Source of the DNA: Lingula anatina
Taxonomy: Eukaryota; Animalia; Brachiopoda
Direction: 5' to 3'
Assembly: GCA_051362555.1 (NCBI GenBank)
Contig: CM120646.1
Coordinates: forward strand, 13,950,001-14,014,000
Length of the DNA stretch: 64,000 nt
The notes beneath the pieces are model-generated. The model saw nothing but the letters and a program-made list of their open reading frames with translations, was not told the DNA's origin and searched no databases. The position numbers and the translations under genes are program-made. Below are positions 1 through 15,700 of the stretch, in pieces (position 1 is the stretch's first letter; every line of letters begins with the position of its first letter).

Positions 1-180
1 ACAGGTGCGAATTATTGGACATGCACTGTGCTATTATTCATATGTAGCTTGGGTCGTTATAGACTTGAGTTTTGGTCTAAACATTTAGTCCAACTTTCCG
101 TTTACGCAACTTGCAACTTTTTCCCTTGACAAATAGTTGTATGCAGGATCTTTTACACAATTGATCTATCCCTCTTCCAG

Positions 181-2213
181 CAATTTGTCATAGCAACGGC
201 ATACCGCCTTTTCCAAATTGACCACCGGAGCAGCGCTTGGTGGTTGGGATTAAATGGCAGGGAAGATGACAACGAGTGGACGTGGGTCACTGGTGAGGCC
301 CTGGACACAGAGTTGGCGTAGGTTCAATGAAGAGTTTCGAATTGCATGGTCTTGCATAGTTTTTGAACGGAAAACCTAGGCTCACTTTGGACAGTATAAA
401 TGTGCAGTACTCCACTGAGTGAAAGTAATTTTTGCTGTTAAATATTAGATGTGTTCAAGTTATGTTAAAACATTCTACAAATTTAACATAAGGTTGCAGT
501 TGCCCCCCCCCCCCTTCCCCCGTACACACACAGACACGGATGACTTTGTCCCAACAGCAATTGCACCGTATAACGTGATATCAGATATACAGACATACAA
601 TATCTATGATGTATCTCATTTTTATCCGCATCAACATGCAGTAATTGGAATGTCCAAGAAAGAAGCGCTGGAGGCGGAAAAGTTCATACGAATTGCGGCG
701 TTTTACGGCTGCAAGACGACACTGCAAACGTAGGAGGGGGTTTACTCGGCACCGAATGCTACACAGTTAATCCGTACATCTGCAAGAGAGCGAAAGGTAA
801 AGACATGATCAACAGTTAAGAGTCAAAAATAGACCAGGCTATGGACAGTGCAATGCGATAACTTATGTATACATAGATTCTACCTAGAATGTAATAAAAT
901 GTATCATAATAAATGGCGATAGGACTGATGACAATAAAATACATCGCACACATGCCTTAAAAACAGATTAGGCGTTAGCGAACTTGAGTCTCAGATTTGT
1001 TTTCACAAATGCCCAAATTAACGACTCGCGCCACGAATTAAGAATCCCAAGATAAAATTAGTAGTCACGAGCAAAGCGATATATAGAACTCACAATCCGT
1101 AAATCCTATTTGTTTGTGTGGTCCACGCTGTTCTCGTGGCTACTAATTTTACTTTGGGATGCTTAATTCGTAGGACAAGTCGTTTGTGATACCAAATCTA
1201 GGGCTCCTGTTAGCAAGCAGCAGTTATCGTTAATGAGGCCTGATATAGTTTTAGTAGATGGACTTTTAAATAACACTGTATTAACTGTGTTGTAATTCTT
1301 GAGTTAATGATGTTCTGATTTGTTTCCCTATGTCTTGATTTGTCGTCTATTTAGGGTGGATTAACAGTCTCTTGCAGCTAAACCCTGATACTAATCTTTC
1401 TGTTTATTTCTTTGTGACATCTAATATCTCGGATCATGTAAATCCGTAATTATAAATATCAATACTAAGACGTGTCTTATGGTCTGTGCCCCAGGTATTA
1501 TGGACATATTTCCTTTCATTCCGCACGAACGTCAATTTTGTTTCTAGGCCATATTGCGTTAATTGACCAGTTTATGAACCTGCTAATCTTGGAAAAACGT
1601 TTTGTGTTTCAGCCGCGGTGGATAATTGTGCAGTCGGTTGGCAGCAGATAGAGGACTCTTGTTTTAAGTTTTTTGACTTAGAAAAAGAATGGAAAGCAGC
1701 TTCGTATGTACCATTTTTAACAAAATTCGTAGTGTTTTTTGTTAGGCAGTTTATTGCTTTATTACTTAGCTCCGCTGTGTTTATTTGGCATTGTACAGGG
1801 TACATGCAACCCTCTGTCTCACTCCAAAATCTTAACTAGGCTCAGTAAATTGGTTTATTTTTCATATTGAACAACAAAGCCTGGAGATATAGAATATACA
1901 CAAACAGGTATTTCATAAGGCCTACCTTAAAATGTTCACATTCTTTGTGTTGTGCTTTTGTATCTTACATTCGTGAAAACCTGGACTAAAATAATTAAAT
2001 TAATGTCATGAAAAGCTATTAGTACCCTATGAGACTGGGCTCTGTATTTTCGCCTTAACAACAGCTCTTGTAATGTCAGTAACAAGTTTCCTGCCCATTA
2101 TGTGACTTCCACTCTGTAGGCTGGAAACAACGCTTGGTCTTACATGTATCTTGGGCGCTCTTCGACTTCTATCGTTGTTTTGTTGTTGGAAGAGTAGACC
2201 AGCTTTTACTCAG

Positions 2214-2263
<50 letters not shown>

Positions 2264-5200
2264 AGGCATTTTTTCTGACCAAGTGTTGTTCCTGATGACG
2301 TAGGTTTACAAAAAGTATGCATTAAACTATACACAAATGTCTGATTGTTAGTTCCAACATACACATTCATACATAATAACTAGTGTAGAACAGTAGGGAA
2401 TGTAACTCAATTTTCAAATTAACAATTTCAGTGCTGATTGTAATCGTCATGGAGCACAGCTAGCGACAGTGGAAAATGATGTACAGCAGCAATATATTTA
2501 CGATATTGCACATTTCCAAGACAAACCAGTCTGGATAGGATATTCCTCTTGGTCCAATGAGGTATGATTAGCTCTATAGGGGTATATTTGTTTGGTTGCC
2601 TTTGATTTCTGTTTGACCATGCTAATTAGCGGATTCTGGATGATACGTTTACGTTATTATAGTAACTTTTAAATGAAATTACTGATCACCGTTCATGTAT
2701 TAAATGAACTGTATTATTGATTTTTAACCTCTTATTAGTCTGGATCCGGTTGGAAAAAGAATGAGGAAGTTTTGCCGCCATTTCAAGAAAATGACAAAAC
2801 GAATCCAGAATTCTGGACAGAAGATAAACGTCCTCAAGCTCTTTCGTAAGTCTTATTTTTACTTGAACACAACGAGGACTGGGACCGAATTGTCTCCCTG
2901 GTCCGATGTGTCTTCCCACCCCCCCTCCAGTCCCAGTGTCTCGCTGGTCTCTTGTGGCAATGTTTTGACATAAATTCTCGCTTAATATGCGTTTTATGCA
3001 TCTTCGATTTTTCCTAAGATAATCGTCTTTTCATTTGCTTTAAGGAACCAGGATAACAACACCTGTGTGGAAGTAGTCCCTTCGCTACTGGAATCCAGAA
3101 AGTCTTGGGTGCCTATCGAATGCAGCAGAGAAAGATCATACATGTGTAAAACGACTAAAGGTAAGAGCAGCGTTCAGTGCTGTTCACACAGCGTTGATAA
3201 ATGCTTCCCTTTAAAGCAGCACCATGACAAAACAATGCTTTCTCTCTATATAGAGATGCATAGGCAGCCAATACACCTAGACCTCCCGATGGGCACTGCG
3301 AAGTCACTTAGTGTCACCGCCGCGAGAATTACACGGCGCCATCCTTTTGTTTATATTTAAATATATTTTAAGTTTCTTTATCTTATTTTTAATTCTTATC
3401 ATTATGCTTACTTGATTATTTCTTGTATGATTTCCTACTGTATAATTTATTAGGGCACTGCGCCACGGGTTGGGTACTTTATAACGGCTCTTGCTACCAA
3501 CTTAACAACAACATCAAGCTTTCCTGGTTTGATGCAGACGTGTACTGCAAGTCACAAGGGGCAGAACTCGTGACTATTCAGAGGTAAATCACTGTCTTTT
3601 GTACATTTTTGGTGCCACGAGGACACAATCTCTCCAATTTTTACTCGCAGGCATGACCTGCCTAGCTCTGTGATAAAATATTCTTTGTATTTTGGTAACT
3701 CAACAAAATTCTTTTATGCGTAACATTTTGATCAAACCATACTTCAGTTCCTTTTTCAGTAATTTCGGATTATTATTTTGATTTCGTGATAAAAGGTTTT
3801 CAATAAAATCGCCCCAAAACAAATTTGTATTTAGCATTAATAATAGCGGCCAAATGTCACTCATAAATATTGTTTTAATCATTTGATTTCTGTAATTGAT
3901 TATGATACTACACATGGATAAGAAGATAAAAACTCTGAATTACCCCAACAATCGTAAGAAGTCGTAAACGCGTCCGTGATTGCAACCGACTACTATATTA
4001 TTTAACGAAAATTCATAGTATAGGAAAAGGTGTCTTAAATAATGCTTATTTCCCACCTTCGTTTGCAGCCAGACGGTACAGGGTTTCGTCTCCAATCTGG
4101 TGCAGAACTCTGGAGTAAACAATGCCGTACGGATATGGCTTGGGGCCTCAGGTAAAGCTTACATCAAACGATCAAATTGCCATAGATTTACTTTTTGACT
4201 TTTAATAATGAAATATTTCTTCGGACCGTGTTCGAAATATTCCCTGATATTTCAGATGTCGATCAGAACCCCAAGGTACTCCGGTGGCCAAACAAAGTAG
4301 AGGTAGCTAATTCCTTCACTAACTGGGCGAAATCAACGCTTCTTCAGAGTCGCCAATCCCTTTGCGTTGACATGGTGGCAGGTATGTTTTATAAGGTTAC
4401 TCATTGATTTGTACCATATACGTTATTACAGATCATATTTACCGACAGCAATTAAGAAAACAAAGCTGACGCTTTAAGTAGTACAAAAAAATCATATATT
4501 TCTCATTTTGAATCAACATTATTTATATATTTGGTTCTAGTTTTAATAATACTTTTTTCTCAATCGATATTTTGTAGGATATTAATTATTCTATACGATG
4601 ATTTTTATAATTACTTGTATATGCATGGTTCTCTTTCTCTTTTCAGGTGACGGAAAATGGGGAATATCCGATAAATGTTTAAACCAGCAAAACTTCATCT
4701 GTCAGATCTCAGACAGAAAAGTTGTTAATCCACCCACTGTGTTACCAGGTAACTATAAGAACAGAAGTTATCACGATTTATTCTACTCTCTTGGATTTGT
4801 ACATTTCACGCATTTCTCGAAAACACGTGTAATTAGAATACCGAGAAATGTTTCCAATTAACTTAAGCGTTTCTGGTCTAAGTGATCAGTATTTATGTAA
4901 AGTGTCTCACTTCTCTACTTTGATTTGACTGTTTAGTTACATCAAAGGTATATATAGGTTATTTAAAACTACACGTGCTTTTTATCACATTGGATCTCTT
5001 GTGGTGATATTATGAAAGTGATCAAACTGTTTTGCTGGTTGGCATTTTCATAAAGCCTCCTACAAAGGCTGATCAATATGTTTTACGAAACAATCTTCAA
5101 ATCCCCAGTAATTTTTTCAAGCTGCCGTTCTTTCCTTTAAAGCAAATGGCTCATGTGACCCTGCCTGGAAGGCCTACTCGTTTTCATGCTACTTCTTCTC

Positions 5201-8200
5201 TCAAGATGACTCTAAGAGCTGGCTAGAAGCACAAAGGGCGTGTGAAGATGAAAGAGCTTATTTAGTCAAAGTGGATGATGTCAGAGAGATGTCCTTTATT
5301 AGCGGTAACTCAGGTTTAATTCACTAAGAGACACAATTCAGTATTAATACATTCCTTTAAATAAATTTGTATAATTCTACCGAAAATAAGGAACATGGGC
5401 TGTATAACAAAAGTGAAGTAAGGATCAACTTTGACCAGTGTTTGCCTTACGTTTGGAAATTAAACAGGTATAAGAATGAAATAGGTCAATTTAACTCTGT
5501 CAGTATGTCAGTGAGACTGATTTGAATACTGGTTTTGCTTTCATATTAATGGAGTTTTCAGAAGAGACAGGTACTCTATGTTGAACACATTAATGCTAAA
5601 TTAACTGAAATATACCAACATTCATCAGTTTAACTAATCATGTTCAATTTTCATTTTTGCATGTATGATCAGGCAAGCTAGTATCTAGCTCATGGATTGG
5701 AGTCAATGACAGAGAAACTGAGGGACAGTGGGTGTGGCACGATAATACAGTAGTGAGTGACCTATTTTTATTGTTAATTGAACGATTATGTTTCCATATT
5801 TAACTAACCAAATACTTTCTTGTCTTTACTGATGACGAATGCTAGATGTTTTTAATTTCTGTTGGGTTTGAACAGAATCTTTCTCGTGTTCTGATAAAAT
5901 ACGTTATTTGATAATCATGTCAGTTTTTTTTTTTTTTTTTTAATAATGGAATGTCTATTTTGGTACTCCAATGGTTTTCTATATTTAGGCGCCTATAGAT
6001 GTAAAAAACGGCCCAGTAAACTTCTATGAGATGCCATATTTTTCTAAATGAGTTTTTCTCCATGTGGCTAGTATGTTTCCATTGCTAGGCGACCTATAAC
6101 AACTGGGCCCCTGACAAACCAGACAATGTTGACTCGGGCTCTGAAGCTCACTGTGGAACTGTTCTGTTTGGAAATGCCAAAGGACTGTGGGACGATGTCC
6201 GGTGTAATGAACATCGGGCGTACATTTGTGAAAAAATGATAGGTGAGAGTGCCAGCGGTAAACATACATGTATATAGCTGTATAGATCGATATAAGTACT
6301 ATATTATTGGTTTCATGCTTTTTTAATATGGAACAGGTTACTTCTTATAGGTATGCGTGTCAACGACTAATAGCTTACTCTATACTGCTGGAAACTTATA
6401 ATGAAAATGCCTTCATAAACCTTTGCTTTACGCTTTCCCTCACTTCACCCGGCAAACACATTGCATAGTTAAGTTTAGAGGGCGTGTTTCTCTTGCTTTA
6501 TTAGACCTGTCAGAGAGGAGTGGTGTTTATTCTACATTTTCTCATTGATTTCATAAATTTGTTCTAATTATTGGGTTTTTCCCTCAATTTCATACTTAAA
6601 TTCTTTATTTTCAATAATATTGCTGCCATTAAGCAAGGTCCAGGCTAATTGGCTACTGGACATATCTTAAAAGACTTGTTTTGTTCTGACTGGTCGTGAT
6701 AAGACATGCAATTGCTTTTGAGTTAGAACGTAAGTACATCAATTAATAAGCACTAGTTCGGTTATCAGGCAATTGTGACGTATCTTGCAACAAGGCTGGA
6801 AGCATATTAATCGATAATCGCCTTTAACGAATGTTTTAACTGTGTGTATTAATACGCTGTCACTCGAGCGATTTATGCTGACGCTCGAGGTGTTCATGGC
6901 ATATATCGCAAAAGGGTGACAGTGTATTATTTGACATACATACCGAGAAAAAAAACACCCCTTAAACCGAATAAAGTGACCCTATATCACGCTCTACAGA
7001 TGCTGGAATAAACTCGTCCACGTACGCTGGTCACTTCGAGCTCCCGCCAAATTATAACGTAATGTCTGACCAATTTGGTCAGTTTTTGCTAAATACTTGT
7101 TGTGGAAGTTCAACTCGCTTGAACAGTATTCAATCAACCGTCGACACTGACCATGCGCATCTCAGCTGAGCCACACCTAGCTGGGACTGCTGCGGAACGA
7201 AGGTCCCAATGCAAATCCTTTATTTTTTGTGATATTTCTGATAAACAAGGAGCGTCAGACTGGAATGTAGTAAAATTAACTTTTCACAGGTACAAAAGAG
7301 AGATAAATTTACTTTGTTGTGACATTTCTGACAGCGAGGCGGTTCTCGAATATAGTCAAAGTCAGACGGATGTTTATTACAAGTCCACGGGAGTAACAAT
7401 TCCACGTTTTAGTGATATTTTTAACTACGAATTTTGGAATATACATATGCTCGTTTTCAGAGCAGTCATTAAGTATAAGTATACAAGCTTTGAAATACTG
7501 TCAGTTGGGTTTTACGATGGGGTATAATTGGTACCTCATGTGTTTCCGCAGACTTGTAATAAATAAATTATCATGTACTTGATTTATTTCAGGCCCTGTT
7601 ATTCCTTTTACATCTACAAGTAAAGGGCGTGAGTATCATTTCATTTTGACATGGATATTTTCGGGGTTTGTAGACGTTTCAGTTATGTGTCTGATGTCTT
7701 CAAATACATTTGCTGTCTTTGTACCATATCCCGGAATTAACTTTCAATTACTTAAGTACTGTACACACAATCTTTCATGATAACTTTATATTTTTAATTT
7801 GACAATGAATTGAGAAAATAGTTTTTGACAGACTAAGTTTAATTTTAATTCCATTTGAAGTTAGATTAAATAAGCATTACAAATGAAAAGTTTATGCGGA
7901 AGAACACGAGTAGAATCATTACCAAAACATGATGCAGAACATTGCATTGAAACAAACTAATCTGAGACTGCCTCCTTACAATTTAAAGAACACACTATCA
8001 CAATTATGAAATAATGGTTCATAATTTTTCATTCAACCATATATCATTTTGAACAAAAGTATAATTATTATATTGTATTTTTCATTTCAGAATTCTAGAA
8101 TACCATCTTATCCTATTCGATTATTTATTGTAAATTTTAGCCTCCTTCACAGCAAAATGTGGTATGTTTTGGGAAGATGACTCATTCAGTGAGTACTGCT

Positions 8201-9680
8201 ATCAGGTCAATGTGGGTACTTTGTCTTGGAATGAAGCTAGATTGCAATGTCAGCACAATGGTGGAGATCTTGCCAGCGTGACCAGTTTGCGTGAACAGCA
8301 ATATATAGCAGGTGACTTTAATTTAGGGTTCTAAAAAGTGCAAAAAACAAAGGAATCATTACGTTAAAACGTGCATTCCCCAACTCTGTATTTGTTCTTT
8401 CTGTCCTGGATACCAAGTCGCCGAAAACAGCCACACTTCCTTCTATAAAGTTAGCGCAGTTGGTAGATCTAACCAGAGTATTTCATTTTCTTCACTGGCT
8501 TGATTTGTTAACTGTTTTTCTATCAGGGAAGCTTGGTGCCATCTCAGACATGCGTTATTACTGGCTTGGTGGTAATGATCTACGGTACCAAAACGTATGG
8601 ACGTGGAATGATGGGGCAGCGTTTGCATATCTTAACTGGGCTAAAGGTAGATTCTTAAATCCCATGTTTCGAACTCTATATTTGAGACGCATTGCATTTT
8701 TATGAGTCAGATGATATGAAACTCGTCGTCAGACTAATCAAGTACATATTTTACTTGTATACTGAATGACCTTGTTTTAATGTAGACCTAAGGCATTTGA
8801 AACTTATTCCCACGTGTTGGTTTGTGGACTTTGTTATTTACACACATTGCCAGAAACTGAAAGCATGTTGAAATATAATGGCTTTCTATTCCAACTTCAA
8901 GGTTCGAGTCAAAAAGAAAAATGTAAGGACAATTGATAGAGATGAAAACTTCGAGAACTTGCATCAAAATTTCAAGACCAAATAAATTCCTTTGTCATGG
9001 ATTTTCTACGACCCAATTTTTTTATTTACTTGCATATTGTTCTTATTAAGTATATGCGTATTTAAGGCCACCCTAACTCAGAACAACGCAAAGACTGCAT
9101 GGAGATAGACGCATTCAAAACTGAATGGAAAAGCGAGGACTGCCGACAACGGCGAGGGTACATCTGCAAAAAGAAAGGTATAGTTTAAAATGTGTATATA
9201 GAACTTATTCAGTGTTGCTCACCCATATTATTCATATGAAAATTAAACACCGGATACAATAACGAGATATAAATAATGCCGTCTCTGTCATTTAGAATCA
9301 AAAGTAAGTTGTCACATATGTTGTGCCTGGAAAAGAATTATTATGCTCTAAGATTGCATGGATGTTCAAGGTATTGGGAAAGTTAAAGATATTTTTCTGA
9401 TCAATATGATAACATTATTTTGCAGAAGAACCGCTTTGGTTTACGTAAATTGAAAAGATTGGTGTTATTATTTCCTTTTCACATTTACACTCCTGTTTCT
9501 ATTAAGGACACGTCACCGTTACCATGTCCACTGTAACCACAGTTGATATAGGTATGTATCAAAATGCAATGTGGAATTTATATATAAATATAATAAACGT
9601 AACAATATTCGATGCACATCATAATGTTCTGTAGTGGGGTCAACTCATCACTCTGACTTTATTAATCATCATCATCATCA

Positions 9681-9712
<32 letters not shown>

Positions 9713-12700
9713 GTTAATGTTGTTGCTATCGATGTTGGCGTTGAGATGATATAACATCTGGGAACGATACGAACTGAAGCCTCATTTATACCAGCTGACC
9801 TTTATTTGAACAGGTGCGGAGATCAGAATCTGTGCCACAGACGCTGTTACAAACAAAAAATAAAAAAAATAAAAAAGAAGCAAGGTAAGAGTTTATCTAA
9901 CGTTGCTGTTATAATCTCATTACCGTTTTGATAGGGTATCCATACTGTACCGACGGTTGGAAGCATTACGACCAGAGCTGTTATAAAGTGGTGAAGGACA
10001 AGAAGCAATGGAGCCTTGCCATAAACGCATGTAGAAGAGAAGGCAGTGATCTGGTGTCTATTCTGAGTGCCAATGAAAACAACTTTGTCTCTAGCTTGAC
10101 AGGGGAGATGGGTTGTAAGTATTAGCATGATGACGATGATATACCCCCCTGTATATTCTTAATATTTGTTATTTGATACAGAAAAATAGCTTGATTTCAA
10201 ATAAAATGCTTGTAATGCATATATGTACTCTTAAACGCTTATATATGTAGTTTCAGTTCAAAAGCAACACTCTATTCACTTATCAATTTTAATTCAAAAT
10301 ATGAATGCGAAATTTTGAATGCACAACAGTATATGCGATGAATGATAATCTTATATCGGAGCTTTAGGACTATAAAACAAATGATGAGCTTGCCAATTGT
10401 TCTGAATCGAACCATACTATCCTAGTTAAAACATCGCGTAGAACTTTTCTATGCCTTCCTCTAGATGACCCGAAAGAGTTTTGGCTTGGGCTGAATTCCA
10501 AGAGAATGTTCAACCAGTATGAGTGGACCGATGATTCCATGGTCACTTTTACAAATTGGAAGGAACGGGAGCCCAGTGGTCACCTTGGAAACGGACAGTG
10601 CGTCAGCCTACTGACCACAGCAGAGGACGTAAGAGAGGGGCACAATTAGATAACTATTGAAACGTCGAGAAGCGAAGGGACATTGTTTCAAGTTGATCCA
10701 CAGATATCAGTTACTTTCTTTTCTTGCCACATATGTACCTGGAAATGTAAATATACGAGGCTAAAAACTAGAATTTTCATACATGTAGGGCCTACATGTA
10801 TATGTGATAACAGATAGTACAGTAGTATTCGTACTTTTTCGCTTCCTTTCGAAGAGATTAAAGATGTTTTAATTTATTGTTTGTGTAATTTTGCTCAGAT
10901 TGGTAAATGGAAGAACAATGACTGTGATCAATGGCTTCCCTATATCTGTAAGAAGTTTGTTACACGTATGGTGTCGCCACCTACCGTGACGTACGACGGA
11001 TGCAATAAGGCAAAGTGATGATTTTTTTTCTTTTTTTTCTTTTGGTGATGCATGTGTGTCATCTATATTGTAACCGATGTGTGAAACGCTTGCATGAATG
11101 AGTAGTGATTTAAACCTGTTGAAAATAAATTGGATCTTCTGTTAAGATGGTAATGGTTTTAATTGAAATTGCCAAACCAGGGAATTGTTATTATACAATT
11201 AACTTTGTAAAGGATAAAGATGCGTCTTTTTTCTTTGAACTTTAAAAAATTCAGAAATTGACTCCTAATACATACACATTTCATACTTTATATTTCGTAG
11301 AAAAGTTACGTCACCACGATAATAATAATAATATTATTACAGCATTTTTTGTACCAAAGTCACTAAACGTGTTTATTATTATAATTGCCAGACTGCCGTT
11401 GGTTACAGAGGATCATGCTACACTGTGTCTAACTCAAGGACTACGTGGACAGAAGCTGGAAGGTTATGTAACGGCTCGGGTGGATATCTCTTAACACTAA
11501 ACGACCAGTAAGAATAATATCTGTTCTCTTTATCTCTCTTGGCTTCTAAATCATTAGATATTAGAATCAATATCACAAGACATTATCCTCTCATATAGAA
11601 CAGAAAATCAGGCGAAGAAAAAATTTTCAAGTAAAACTGACTTTTTTCGAAATTTTACAAAAATAACAGATAAGCCAAAGCAAATAATAGTTATAAAAAT
11701 GGATTTTTGGTCGGCAAATTTCAACTGAAAGGGAAGCAGTGCTTTGCCGAGGCTTTAAGACTCTAGTGGCTGTTATATTACTGTAACGTTATTTATTACA
11801 TATTGTAATCAGTCTAGAGCAAGCCTACATCTCAGGACTGATAGGCAACAAGGCAACTGATACAGAATACTGGATGGGTCTGAGCAAAGGGAGCGTGGAA
11901 AATAGCTACAAATGGCTTGCAAAGAATTCACAAAGTACATTTACAAACTGGAACAAGTTTCACACAGGTAATTGTAATTTCTGTGCATTTAACAGTTTGA
12001 AAACCTTCATTCTTTATTTTCTCCTTAAATCAAAGAAATGCAAAAAAAGTTCATAATGTTACTGATATACTGGTGTGTAGCATCTTCCTCAGTATGATTT
12101 ACTTCAAACATGCGTGCAGTGTCATCAACCCAGAATTCTTCAAAATTTTGGTTATTATGGAACTTGTGGAAAATGTAACTTTTAGGGAACGAAGAGTACG
12201 TTTGTGTGGCAGTCTCCAAGACGCCAGATATCACAGGTGAATGGGTGGACAGGAAGTGCTCCCAACGAAAGTTATTCATCTGTGAATACCCCAGGGCTGG
12301 ATATGTTGGTGACACTCCCACCACACCTTCTGTGTCTTATGAGTGCCCGGAAGGATGGGGCTGGAGAGAATTTGGCGATTTTTGTTATAAGGTATGTAAA
12401 TCTAAATTGCAAATATGCATGTACATGCAGGTTACTCCCTGCAACAATGTGTGATTGAATATGTCATTGAACTGCATATTGATTAATTAGTCAAATCTTA
12501 AATTGGATAAGTCAATTTGATGAAGTATATATAACACTCGTATGATATTCTGTTAAAATCAGAGAGAGGGGATTATAAAATTTTAATCTTACTTATTCTT
12601 TCGTTTCACTAGAGATATCACCACCGAGGAGGGTATAGTTGGTATGAAGGGCGCGACTTCTGCAGAACGATAGGTGGCGATCTTGCAAGTTTTCATAGCG

Positions 12701-15700
12701 AGATTCACCTGTGGAACGCTTCCGATGTGTCCAAATATGCGTAAATATTTTGTTTAAACTATACTATATTGATTTTAACTGCATTTAACTTGGTTTTTTT
12801 TAAATTGCGTTTTTAAAAGATTTATGATAAATATTTGATGCATTAAACAGCTATCACTGATCTTTAGAGGATTTTTTTCTCAGAATACCGGCCAAATCAC
12901 GACAGATATAATGTTATTTATTCTTCCGTTTCTGTACATATATCTACTTTTTCTGTCTATAGTTATACATTTTATCATAGTTTGAATTGTCTTAGCCCAA
13001 ATACTCATTTCCTGAAGAGCATTGTAGTGATAATGCAATCTGCATACTCCAAAAAATTAATTTTCGTCACTGGTTTTATCACGCAGTCTTCGGTCACCCG
13101 ACATTTTTTGGATTGGCCTGTCTAAACCAGACAAGAAAACCGGTCACATTTGGTCGGACGGGTCAGCGCTTGATTTCACGTACTGGAAAGACGGGGAACC
13201 GAATGACCACAATGGACAGGAAGACTGTGTTGAGATGAACCGCCATCTTGGAAGGTGGTCTGATGTCAATTGTTATGCCAGTAGGGGCGTGCTGTGTCAG
13301 TTACGGAAGGGTAGGCGTACAGTTTCGTCATCGTCAAGTCCTCTATTCTTCTCTATCACCTTGCACATTCAAGAGTATGAAGGCTAAAATGAAGGCAGTG
13401 TCATTTGTAAATTAGTGAGATAAGTATACAGTGCAGGGATTTTAACCATATGTAATACACCTTTAATGAATAACAAAGTATGATCAAATAGGGCTTAAAC
13501 TATAAACAGAATTACAATTTGATAAACAGTATTGTGTCAATTTTAAGTTGTACATTCGAGGTAAACCCAGCAGACAAACGACATTGATTCACAGTTGAAT
13601 CAACTTTAATTTTGGTGGATCAACGTTGAATCAACGTAGAATCAATGTCGTTTGCCTGCTGGGAAGCAGGTTTTGTTAAGATTGCTGCCAGTTGTTTTCT
13701 ACGTCTTTTTAATAATTTTTGTTACAGGCGATCCCCTCTTAACTACTGTCACAGCAACAACGCCAACACCAGGTATGACCATGTTTCGTATTTTTGAAAT
13801 GCATACATCTGTATATATAATGATAAAAAACAAATGCACAATATTTTGCGACCAAGTAGGTTCTTCCCTGACAACCTTTTTTGGTGATTCCAAATATTAA
13901 AATGTGCATCCACCCTAAATGGTTTAGATTAATACGATGGAAAGAATATCAGAAAACTGATATTTTCTAAGTGAGTTATGACGTTTCATTTGTTTGAAAT
14001 AGCTACTGTTATTCCTTGCAACCTTAAGGAAGGAGTCAGCATTCTCATAAAGTAAACAATGAAGGGTGAAGTATATTGCTTTAATTTTTATTGGCAACAA
14101 TTTATCTTTATGTAAAATCTATATAATCGTATTTTAGCTTCTCAGTGTGGTTCGCATTCAAAATGGTTTGCATACAAGGATTATTGCTACACTGTAAGTC
14201 AATCCTATGGGACGAATGAAGTAGTGTCATGGCAAGACGCAAGAGGGCAGTGCTTGCAATCTGGCGGGGATCTAGCCAGTATACACGACAGTGAAGAAAA
14301 TGACTTTGTTCTTTATATCGCAGTAAGTGAAATCAAATTTAAGACAGAGCCTTGGTGTTTCAAGAAATCCAAGTATACCCTTTCAAGATGCAGTATTCAA
14401 ATAACAATGGTAAATGGATTCTTATATTATGTTTTATAGCAACATATTGTAGATATCGTGAAAATTCCGTAATACATCATTGCCCTATAATTTTCAGTCT
14501 CACAAGAGTTTTGCTTCGAAATACTGGATTGGACTGAACGAGTTGGACTTAGAAAGTTACAAGTAAGTATCTGTATCTGCTGTAGCGTAAATAGTTTATC
14601 CAAACATTTTTCATGTATTTTTTGTACATTGGCGTCTTTCGAGATTTTTCAACTATCTCCATTGTTCAAATGTGTTTCATTTGCTACAGGATTAACTGTT
14701 AACGGCGTCAGTGACTTAAAGTTATATATATTGCAAGCTTGGATTCCCTGTAACTCCCGTAAAACATTTCTACTAGTTTCTTATTCAACTCTTATAATGT
14801 TGACATGCCAAAAGATAAACGAAACTAATCACTCGATCAGCCATAAAAGAGCTTTGAACCGCACCTTCTTGAAACCTTTGGTCGTAAATGGATTTACTTA
14901 TCCGTACCTCTACTTTGTAAAAGTCCACCTAACTGACATAGTGATTTACAGTATGGCTCGCCACTGCTGAGCATGCAATAGCACAATTATTCAATTGACT
15001 TGCCGGAATTAATCGACCGAGGATTTTTTATAGCACAGAAACAAGCAGAACATATCCATTTAAATATCATGTTTGTGGTTTTGTGGCAAAAAATGACTTC
15101 AAATACATCTTAAAAGAATGTACAAATATGCATTCTATTCTATTCTCTTCTGTCCTTTTCTGTTCTCTTCTCTTCTGTTATTTTCCATTGTATTCTATTT
15201 TATCACCGCAGATGGTCTGATGGCACGGCTACTGACTACACATCCTGGAGTCTTAACGAACCAAACGATCTCCATGGTGGCCAGAAGTGTGTTATATTCA
15301 TAACCGAAACAGGTGATTGGTTTGGGGCATCTAAATTTTTGATGTCCAAATTTCTACACTTTATATCATTGCAGTTTTTTTAAAGTTAACAATACTAAGT
15401 GCTTAAAGTTTATTGTATTCATTCTATAGCTATGATATGTGATGGAATCCAGTGTTAAGGCACTTCTGATTATTATATCTGATTGTATGTGTATCGATAC
15501 ACTTGGTTATTGGTTCGTTCTAAGTATTAAGATAGAATGCATGTTCCATGATATTTTTAATTTCCTTTTTGTCACATTGTGTGTATATTTGAGAATGCCA
15601 AAGGAATATGCTGGCAGAGTGCAATACGAAAACTATTACATATGGAATGTTATATAAAACTACATAGCCTGAATGTACCCATTGTACATTTATATAAAAG

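Noticed and set aside
2739-2845. Suspected frameshift in a gene A CTLD2 exon (ORF track shows MRKFCRHF...)
   Set aside because: The exon is 107 nt (phase 0 to 2) and reads SGSGWKKNEEVLPPFQENDKTNPEFWTEDKRPQAL, matching gene B. The track ORF is another frame.
7153-7527. 124-aa ORF in a gene A intron
   Set aside because: No recognisable motif; lies in probable repeat-derived intron DNA.
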